From an uncultured Alphaproteobacteria bacterium (GTDB lineage Bacteria > Pseudomonadota > Alphaproteobacteria > Rhizobiales > Devosiaceae), in assembly GCA_963782875.1 (NCBI GenBank), contig CAWALD010000001.1, positions 203,605-267,604 of the forward strand: a stretch of 64,000 bases of DNA. The letters run 5' to 3'. Of the stretch, positions 19,549-27,429 are shown in pieces. Made by a program: the position numbers and the translations under genes. Every line of letters begins with the position of its first letter. Within the stretch, counting starts at the first letter, position 1. The notes below the pieces were generated by a model that had not been told where the DNA came from, did not search any database, and saw only the letters and a program-made list of their open reading frames with translations.

Positions 19549-20195
19549 TTTTACTTTAAAATCCTCGGGCCGAAGGCGGCGCCGGACCGATAAGCAGGTC
19601 CGGTAGGGCGCCCGTGCCGATGAGGCGCGCCAAGGAACACAACGTTTACGAAGGCATTAACGATCCCTGCGCGTGAAAATTGTTCCAATCCGGACACTGA
19701 GACATGGGGACGCACGATGCCTGACCGGCATCGCCCGAGGCTCGAGCGAAGCCGCTCCCCGGCAGCATCTTTGCCTGGAATAGCCGTCGTCTCGGGCGTA
19801 TCGGCGTCCTTGGACAGCATCAGGCGAGTGCTCGCCGCACGCTGTTGTAAAGATGGATCTCGAACAGTGCAGCGATGAAAAGATGCCGCGCATCAAGCGC
19901 CTGTTCGGCACTTTCCATGATGGGTTCCGGATCGATCCCGTCGCTGATGTTAACACTATCGGCTGTCATTGCCGCGCCTCCGACATGTACCGCAAGCCGC
20001 CTCGCATCAGTCTCTCGTGGCGGATGTGGCCACAAAAACAACTTGCTGGCGGCAGTTTCTATCGAAGGTGATTATGAAGTGTGGGTGGCGGTATTCAATT
20101 TTATTGCTTTGTAAACCTTAATACCGAAAGGTTTATGCGTTCAATTCAGATACAAAGCCTGACTTCTTCTGCGGCCGTCGTCTTGGTTGCAGCCG

Positions 20196-21191
20196 TCAAC
20201 GCGCGCGCTGCACTGGAAGCTCCGGCTCCGGGTCGAACGCGTCGGCGGCAAAATGCGGTAGTTCGCCATGTAGCGCGGGGGAGGCCCGGTGCAGCGCAGC
20301 ATGCTGCGCTACGGTCAGCACCTCGTAATGGGCAGTAAAACTCTTGAGCAGCTCCCCCAGCAGGTCGAGCTTTGCATGCAGGTCGCGTCTCATGCCGGGC
20401 AGTTGCGCAAGTTCCGGCACGTCCTCTTGGCCGAGAAAATCCAGTGGATGCAGCATCAGCGAAGGTTGCACACGCGCCAGCCTGCAGACGGATAGTGCAC
20501 TGCGGAAATAAGTCTTTGCGCCCAGCGAGGTCAGCGCCGCCAGAGGGGCCAGCGCGCTCGGGTGAAAAGGCATGCGGATCAGCGGGAGGGTCGTCATCGG
20601 CACCTCCATCAGCTGGGCCCCGTCAAGTTCCCAGGCATAGGGCCTGAGGCTGCGCAAGCCTTCGGCGAGCTTGCCGCCCGTCGGTCCGTGCGACAGCGCA
20701 GCCGGCAAGCTCGGCAGCGTCGAGGCGTCGTAAAGATAGCCAATGTCGCACAGAACCTCGATCAGCGCCGTGGAAAGACGGGCTCCTGGCGTCCTGAAGC
20801 CGGCTGGCGCCCGGCCCGTCGCTTCGGCAATGGCCCCATGCGCCCGGGCGAGGTCTGCGGCAATCGCCGATCGCGGCTGCCGGTTCAGTTGCAGATTGTG
20901 TGCGAAGCCGCGACTGGCGATTTCATGGCCGGCTTCTGCGATTGTCCGGAGCGTCTCGCGGTTTGTCTTTAGCGCGGCGTCCTGTCCGGTCACGAAAAAG
21001 GTAATGCGCAACTGGTGCTGCGCCAGAACATCGAGAATGCGTGGAACCGCCAGGTCCAGATAGCTTGGAGACATTTTCCAGCCGGCAATTCCGGCCGCCT
21101 TCATGCACGCCCACTGATTGTCCAGGTCGAGCGAGAGGCTGCCCAGATGGGTCGAGCCCTCGAGTTGCAAGGCGGTCAGTCCGGCGCTCAT
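20196..21191 (-). CDS. polysaccharide deacetylase (CE4) family protein
   Basis: NodB-like block ITFFVTGQDAALKTNRETLRTIAEAGHEIASRGFAH. Confidence 0.8.
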   Translation of the reverse strand: MSAGLTALQLEGSTHLGSLSLDLDNQWACMKAAGIAGWKMSPSYLDLAVPRILDVLAQHQLRITFFVTGQDAALKTNRETLRTIAEAGHEIASRGFAHNLQLNRQPRSAIAADLARAHGAIAEATGRAPAGFRTPGARLSTALIEVLCDIGYLYDASTLPSLPAALSHGPTGGKLAEGLRSLRPYAWELDGAQLMEVPMTTLPLIRMPFHPSALAPLAALTSLGAKTYFRSALSVCRLARVQPSLMLHPLDFLGQEDVPELAQLPGMRRDLHAKLDLLGELLKSFTAHYEVLTVAQHAALHRASPALHGELPHFAADAFDPEPELPVQRAR

Positions 21192-21241
21192 GCAATCCGC
21201 TCCGCTGCCGGGATATGCGCAGCGCCGCGCAGCCTGATCAT

Positions 21242-22903
21242 CTAGCGGACCTCCTGCTCGGCGCGGCCGGCGGGCGGCGTCGGCAGCAGGCGCTGCGTCA
21301 GCTTGTGCACGATCAGATGGCCGATAAGGCTCAGATGCCCGAATACGTCCTGCAGGGGCCTTCTTTTGGACTTTCCGAACAGCCGAACGCTCCTCACGAC
21401 CGGAAACTCCACCATGCTATGGCCGCTCTGGTCGAGCTTGACGAAGATTTCGGCCAGCCCCGCAAACCCGTGCTGGCGCAGCTCCATCTTCCTGACGGTT
21501 GAGCGCCGATAAACGCGGAAGGGCGCCGTATAGCTGGCGAATTTGTGATGCAGCAGCATCCTGTAAAGGCGCGACAGCAAGCCGGCCTGTCGCCCGTCGG
21601 CCGCGTCAGCGTCATCCAGAACCGGCGCGGCCTGCACCATGTCCACGCCCCGCTGCAGAAGGGGGATCATTTCTGCAAGTTTCTGCGGATCGAAGCTGCA
21701 ATCGGCATCGATCGCGCAAACGATCTCGTCCCAGGCCTGTCGGATGCCCGTCATGGTCGCGGCTGCGATCCCGCGCCGTTTCTCGTGCCGCTCTAGGTCG
21801 AACTCTTCGCGGCCGCCGAACAGCTCCTGCATTTTTGCCCAGCTGCCATCCGTGCTGCCATCGTCGACCAGGACGAAGTCGAGATCGAGCCAGCCGTTCT
21901 TGTCGGCCAGCGTGCCGAGCGCCTTTGCAAGGTTGGGCAGGTTGGCTTCTTCATTATGGACCGGCACCACAACAGTGGCGCGCGTGCGCGTGCCGAAATA
22001 GGCGCGCTTGGTTGCAGCCGGGGCGGGCTTTTCAGGCAGCGCGCGCGCCGCCACTGTTTTCGCCTCCAGCCCCAGATGCTCTGCGATCGGGGCAAACTGG
22101 TGTGCATCGAGGACGGCCTCGACCCGCGCCTGCATGCGCTCGATATTGTGGTAGTGCCGCAGCCGTTCGAGGCGCGGCAGCGCCGAAATCCGGGGCTGCC
22201 TAGGATCCAGTTCCCAGCTGTGGAAGGTGAAGTGCCAGGGCTCGTCGCTCTGCTTGACCCGCCCGGTGACGAGTTTCGACCACAGCTTGTCGGGCAGGTG
22301 CCGCAGATACCTGCTGTCTCCCGCCGGCAGCGGATAGCCGAGCACGTTGACGCTCGAATAAGGCACTTCCACCAGTGACCAGCCCAGCCGTTCTATCTGG
22401 CGGATGGAGCGCCAGCCCTTGTCGTTGAGGAACGCCCGGCCAAATGGCCGGATGCTGGAATCGTAACGATAGCCGCACCAGGCCAGGATCTTGAACGCCT
22501 CGACGGTATCGGTCGGGAGGGACCCGTCCGCGGGCCGGAAACCGAACACATCGGTAGCCGCCACGCGCTCCAGCGCATCGCGCGCCCTCAGCGCGTCGTC
22601 GCGCAAGGCAACCGGCGAGAGCTGCGGCATCGGTGTGTGGTGATAGCCGAGCGAGGCGACCTCATGCCCGCGCCGCGCCACCTCCCGGATCACATCAGGG
22701 CAATGATCGGCCAGCCAGCCAAGTGCAAAAAAAGTCGCCTTGGCCTCGTGCCGGTCAAGCATGTCGAGCAGCTTTCCGGCGCTCTCTTCGATCCTGAGCG
22801 AGAAGCGCGGCCAGTGCGCACCGGGGATGACCCGGCTCGACATTGCGGCCTGGAAATAGTCTTCCAGATTGACCGAAAGGATGTGCGTCTGGTGATCCGG
22901 CAT
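21242..22903 (-). CDS. fusion protein: N-terminal DUF3473-type polysaccharide deacetylase plus C-terminal GT2 (DPM1/ArnC-like) glycosyltransferase
   Basis: The N-terminus HILSVNLEDYFQ...ATFFALGWLADHCPDVIREVARRGHEVASLGYHH resembles the PEP-CTERM-locus deacetylase subfamily. The C-terminus TVVVPVHNEEANLPNL...VLVDDGSTDGS...AIDADCS is GT2-like. Confidence 0.8.
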   Translation of the reverse strand: MPDHQTHILSVNLEDYFQAAMSSRVIPGAHWPRFSLRIEESAGKLLDMLDRHEAKATFFALGWLADHCPDVIREVARRGHEVASLGYHHTPMPQLSPVALRDDALRARDALERVAATDVFGFRPADGSLPTDTVEAFKILAWCGYRYDSSIRPFGRAFLNDKGWRSIRQIERLGWSLVEVPYSSVNVLGYPLPAGDSRYLRHLPDKLWSKLVTGRVKQSDEPWHFTFHSWELDPRQPRISALPRLERLRHYHNIERMQARVEAVLDAHQFAPIAEHLGLEAKTVAARALPEKPAPAATKRAYFGTRTRATVVVPVHNEEANLPNLAKALGTLADKNGWLDLDFVLVDDGSTDGSWAKMQELFGGREEFDLERHEKRRGIAAATMTGIRQAWDEIVCAIDADCSFDPQKLAEMIPLLQRGVDMVQAAPVLDDADAADGRQAGLLSRLYRMLLHHKFASYTAPFRVYRRSTVRKMELRQHGFAGLAEIFVKLDQSGHSMVEFPVVRSVRLFGKSKRRPLQDVFGHLSLIGHLIVHKLTQRLLPTPPAGRAEQEVR

Positions 22904-23132
22904 CTGCCTGCTCCATCTTCCGCATCGGATGAAGCAGCGACGAATGTCAGCGGGAGGGCTTCATCCATTTCGGCCGCGCGGGCCTCAGGCTCTTCGAAAA
23001 TCGCCGAGACAAAACCACGCCGGGAGAGGAGAGGCAATAACAAAGACGGGTGGAATGCAAATATAGAGCGTTTAAATAGTTTTTACCCTACGAGTAAAGC
23101 CTAATAAATATCAATATAATAAAATTATAAGT

Positions 23133-23990
23133 TTATTGCGCGAAGACGACGGTCTTTTTTCCGTTCAGCATGACCCGCGCTTCCAGGTGATATTTCACGG
23201 CCCGCGCCAGCACGCGCGCCTCGATGTCGCGCCCTTGCGCGATCAGCTCTTCCGGGCTCATCGCATGTGTCACCCGCGCCGTCTCCTGCTCGATGATCGG
23301 TCCCTCGTCGAGGTCCGGCGTCACATAATGGGCCGTCGCTCCGATCAGCTTCACGCCGCGCTCATGCGCCTGGTGATAGGGCCTGGCGCCCTTGAAGGAG
23401 GGCAGGAAGGAGTGGTGGATATTAATCACTTTTCCGAACAGCCCCCGCGAAAGCGTGTCCGACAAAATCTGCATGTAGCGCGCCAGCACCACGAGGTCCG
23501 CGCCGCTCGTCTCGACCAGATCGAGGACCTTTTGCTCCTGGGCTTGCTTGGTCGCCGCGGTGACCGGCCAATAGTGGAAGGGGATGCCTTCATATTCCGC
23601 CGTCTTGTGGCTGTCCTCATGGTTGGAGACGATGGCCACGACCTCCGCTTCAAGCCATCCGACCTTGATCTGGTAGAGCAGGTGCAAAAGGACGTGGTCG
23701 AACTTCGACACCATCAGCACGACCTTCGGGCGCCGCCCCGCATCCTGCAGCGCCAGTTCCATGCCGAATTTTTCGGCCGGTCCGGCCAGCGCCGCCCTTA
23801 GCGCGTCTTCCGTCACCCCGCCGGGGGCCGTGAAGGCGATGCGCATGAAGAACTTGCCTGTAATGCGGTCCCAGAACTGGTTGCTCTCCGCGATATTGGC
23901 GCCAAGGCGCGCCAGTTCCGCCGTCACCGCTGCGACGATGCCCGGCCGGTCCGCGCAGGACAGCGTCAGGATGAAGGAATGCTCGGCCAT
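23133..23990 (-). CDS. purU: formyltetrahydrofolate deformylase
   Basis: ACT domain start MAEHSFILTLSCADRPGIVAAV, then the formyltransferase core HHSFLPSFKGARPYHQA. The track start at 24002 is GTG, and I use the ATG at 23990. Confidence 0.9.
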   Translation of the reverse strand: MAEHSFILTLSCADRPGIVAAVTAELARLGANIAESNQFWDRITGKFFMRIAFTAPGGVTEDALRAALAGPAEKFGMELALQDAGRRPKVVLMVSKFDHVLLHLLYQIKVGWLEAEVVAIVSNHEDSHKTAEYEGIPFHYWPVTAATKQAQEQKVLDLVETSGADLVVLARYMQILSDTLSRGLFGKVINIHHSFLPSFKGARPYHQAHERGVKLIGATAHYVTPDLDEGPIIEQETARVTHAMSPEELIAQGRDIEARVLARAVKYHLEARVMLNGKKTVVFAQ

Positions 23991-24229
23991 TTGTGCCCCC
24001 ACTGCGAGATTGGAGCGTTTTCAGGAAAAGCATGTCCCGGGCCCCGATCCGGGGTGGAAACGGTTTTCCGGTTCGAAAACGCGACAAAACAAAAACTTAG
24101 GGCAGGTCAGGAGATTCCGTTGACGTGTGACCTGCTCTAATTGGCTCAATACCCTGTCCGGTTGAGATTGGTCCAGACTTGGTCTATCAGGCGCGTCCCC
24201 GATTTTTCCCGGACCCGAAGGATTGCATC

Positions 24230-25496
24230 ATGCCCGCCTTGAGCTGCGGCCTCGATTTCGGCACGTCCAATTCCACCATCGGCTATGTCGGCCAGGATGC
24301 GCGCCCGCTTCTCGTGGCGCTGGACGAGGGCAGGGCGGCCATGCCCTCCGTTCTCTTTTTCAGCTTCGAGGCGGACGAGGTGCATTTTGGCCGCGCCGCC
24401 ATCGCAGAATATGTCTCGGGCGCCGAGGGCCGCATGATGCGCGCGCTCAAATCCCTGCTCGGCTCCTCGCTGATGGACGATCGAGACGCGCATCAAGGCG
24501 CCGCCGGGTCCCCTTCACCGAGATCCTCGGCACCTATGTGGGCGAACTGCGCCGCCGTGCCGAAGAAGACGCCGGCCAGCCGCTGGAGCGCACCGTTGCC
24601 GGCCGCCCCGTCCGCTTTGTCGACGACGACGATGCCGCCGATCGCGAGGCCCAGCGCCAGCTCGAAACGGCGATCCGCGGGCAGGGGTTCGAGCATATCG
24701 AGTTCCAGTTCGAGCCCATCGCCGCCGCCCTCGACTATGAGCAGGCGATCAACGACGAACAGCTCGCCATCGTCGCCGATATCGGCGGCGGCACCTCGGA
24801 TTTCACCGTGGTCCGCCTGTCGCCCGAGCGCGCCCGCCGCATCGACCGGCAGGCAGATATCCTCGCCACAGGCGGCGTGCATGTCGGCGGCACCGATTTC
24901 GACCGCCTGCTGTCCTTGGCCGAGATCATGCCCGAGTTGGGCTTTCATACCGAAAACCACCTCAGGCGACCGCGACCTGCCCGTCGGCCCTTTCCACGAT
25001 CTCGCCACCTGGCACCGCATCAACCGGCTCTACACCCGCGAGGCGCATGCGCTCCTGTGCCGCTACCCGCCGCGAGGCCGCCGAAAAGGAGAAGTTCGAT
25101 ACGTTTCTCAAGATCGTGGAGGGCCGTTACGGCCATCTGCTCGCCGCCCATGTCGAGGACGCCAAGATCGCCCTGACCGACGCCGACCAGACTCATTTCG
25201 CCTTCGAGCCCCTGGGCGTCTCGCTGCAGCGGGACATCACGCGCAAAGCCTTCGAGGCGGCGATTGCCGAAACCGCCGCGAAGATTCCGTTTCAGATGAA
25301 CGAGACGCTGAAGCGCGCCGGCCTCACCGCCGACCGCATCGAGACCGTCATCATGACGGGTGGCTCCACCCAGATCGGCCTCATCCGTTCCGCGCTGGAT
25401 GCGATGTTTGCCCAGGCCCGCTTCGTCGAAACGGATGCCTTTGGCAGCGTCGGGCTTGGTTTGACGCTCGACGCTGCCCGCCGGTTCGGCGGCTAA
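24230..25496 (+). pseudogene. Hsp70-family (YegD-like) putative chaperone, about four frameshifts
   Basis: CGLDFGTSNSTIGY, DIGGGTSDF and MTGGSTQIGLI actin-fold motifs lie in three different frames (ORFs 24179..25549, 24223..25176, 25047..25496). The switches are near 24480, 24505, 24960 and 25050. The locus is 1267 nt. Confidence 0.75.
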
Positions 25497-26479
25497 GCCG
25501 CCTGCAATTGCGTCCGCTTGCCATTCTCCCGCGTCGCCACATAAACTGACGCGCCGATGATCAGCACCGCGCCCGGCCAGAACAGATTGCTCGGCATCTG
25601 GCTCAGCAGCGCCCAGCCGATCAGCGTGTTGAGCGGCAGTTTCAGATCGTCGAAGGGCTGCAGATAGGTGGCGTCGGCCCTCTCATAGGCGCTCCACAGC
25701 AAATACTGCGTGGCCGCCGTGATCAGCCCCAAAAACAGCATCCACCAGATCGCATCCCCATGCGGCAGGCCGAGATCCAGCCCGCCCGCGAGGCTTTGCG
25801 GCAAAAGACCCGGCACGCCGACCGCCAGAAGGCCAAGCACCAGCCCGATCACCGCATGGTTCACAACGATCAGCAACAACAGCCAGAGCGTTAGCGATTC
25901 CGCCGATTCCTCGCGGCTGAGATATTTGGAGATGACGGTCGTTGCGCTCCACAGCGCCGCCGCCAGCACCGGCAGGAGCGACGCCCAGGTGAAGGCGTCC
26001 GTACCGAACCCCACGATCAGGAACGCGCCGATAAACGCCACGCAGGACGCGCCGATCCGACCGGCCGACAGCCGCTCGCCGAGGAACAGCACCGAGCCGG
26101 CGATGACAAAGAACGGCCCGGTCAGCAACAGCCCCACCATCTGCCACACCGGCACGCCCGAGGCGAAACCGAAAACGAAGACCTGCGCCCCGAGCGCCGA
26201 GGCGAGCGCCCTGAGTTCGTGCCAGACGGGGTGGCGCGTCTTCAGCTTGTCGAGCCCGATGCGCAAGATCAGCGGCACCGCGAACAAGGTGGCGATGAAA
26301 TACTGCCAGAACACCGCCGCCGACGAGCTCATCTTGGCGTCGCCGAGCATCGGGTTCCAGGGGTTGGTAATGACGTCGTAGGAAAAATTGACCACCGCAT
26401 AGAGCACTTGCGCGCCGACCATCAGGCCGGTGGCGAGCATCAAATCGCGGGATAGGCTAGGGGAGGCAGTAGGGCGCAT
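25493..26479 (-). CDS. ribN: DMT/EamA family transporter under FMN riboswitch control, RibN-like riboflavin importer
   Basis: 10-TM EamA-type protein directly downstream of an FMN riboswitch on the same strand. RibN is the DMT-family riboflavin transporter described in Rhizobiales and Vibrio. Confidence 0.65.
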   Translation of the reverse strand: MRPTASPSLSRDLMLATGLMVGAQVLYAVVNFSYDVITNPWNPMLGDAKMSSSAAVFWQYFIATLFAVPLILRIGLDKLKTRHPVWHELRALASALGAQVFVFGFASGVPVWQMVGLLLTGPFFVIAGSVLFLGERLSAGRIGASCVAFIGAFLIVGFGTDAFTWASLLPVLAAALWSATTVISKYLSREESAESLTLWLLLLIVVNHAVIGLVLGLLAVGVPGLLPQSLAGGLDLGLPHGDAIWWMLFLGLITAATQYLLWSAYERADATYLQPFDDLKLPLNTLIGWALLSQMPSNLFWPGAVLIIGASVYVATRENGKRTQLQAA

Positions 26480-26578
26480 CTTTCGATCCTTTCGTGACCC
26501 AGTGCCTCAGGGTTACGGGGGATCGAATGGCCGAAAACGAGGCGCGTGACGCACCCCTGCTTCGGCCAGTCTTGCTCC

Positions 26579-26719
26579 CGTTCTCTCTCATCCGGACTAT
26601 GACCGTCGGCTTCGGAATTGCACCGAATCTGCTGACCCAACTCAAGTGAGTTGGCGCTCGCGGGCTCAGGGATTGCTCCCAATACCGCCGGTGGGGACTT
26701 CCACCCCGCCCTGAGAACG
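26579..26719 (-). promoter_or_regulatory. FMN riboswitch (RFN element)
   Basis: The minus strand reads CGTTCTCAGGGCGGGGTGGAAGTCCCCACCGGCGGTA...AGCCCGCGAGCGCC...GGGTCAGCAGATTCGGTGCAATTCCGAAGCCGACGGTCATAGTCCGGATGAGAGAGAACG. This is a near-consensus RFN core with a closing P1 helix. Confidence 0.9.
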
Positions 26720-26755
26720 TTACTTTGTCGTCCGAACAATGGCCGGACGCGCGGA

Positions 26756-26784
26756 ATATAAGATCGTCCGGGGGTGAGGGCAAG
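26756..26784 (-). promoter_or_regulatory. sigma-70-like promoter for the riboswitch-ribN transcript
   Basis: The minus strand reads CTTGCC, 17 nt, then TTATAT, close to the alphaproteobacterial CTTGAC-N17-CTATAT. The -10 element lies about 35 nt upstream of the aptamer. Confidence 0.5.
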
Positions 26785-26881
26785 ATTTTAAGGAGCGTCG
26801 GAGCACCGGGATCGACTGCCAGCAATTGCCAACTGCGGGTTCCTCCGGGTTGGCGTCCATGCCCCGAAAGGCAAGCGGAAC

Positions 26882-27273
26882 CTAAGTCTCGGGCTTCGCG
26901 GCGCCGGCCATCGAGTCGCGAAGGGCTTTCAGCAGGTCGGCTTCGGTGAACGGCTTGCCGATATAGACATCGAACTGCCGACGCAGCTCATCGTCGAATT
27001 TTTCTTCCGGAACGGCGGTCGTCAGTATGATCGGAACATTCATTCCGTCCTCACGCAGGGAACGCACCATCGTCAGGCCATCCATGCGCGGCATCATGTA
27101 GTCGGTGACAATCACCTCGGGCTGAAACGATTTGGCCTGTTCAATTCCCGCATCGCCATCATAAGCCAGTTGCACTTCGAAACCGTCGTTCAACATTGCC
27201 ACTCCATGGCAATGGCGAGCAGGGCTTCATCTTCGACGTAGAGAACCCGGGTCAACGGCTGATGCTCCGACAT
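26882..27273 (-). pseudogene. single-domain response regulator, one frameshift
   Basis: MSEHQPLTRVLYVEDEALLAIAME stops after 27 codons. The rest (MLNDGFEVQLAYDG...TDYMMPRMDG...GKPF) is ORF 26882..27202. A single missing base at about 27199-27204 (ATGGAG-GTGGCA) would restore it. The locus is 392 nt. Confidence 0.75.
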
Positions 27274-27429
27274 GTCCTATAGGCGGCGCCGCAGGCTATA
27301 TGTGTGGCTGCGGCGCGCGCCTGAAGGGTGGCGCTCACCGAGAACGTGTGGCAATGCTGGTCGCCCCCGGGTAAAGGTCGTCTCGCGTTTTGCCGAATGA
27401 CGCCCGCAAGCCTATGGTTGAAGTCGATA

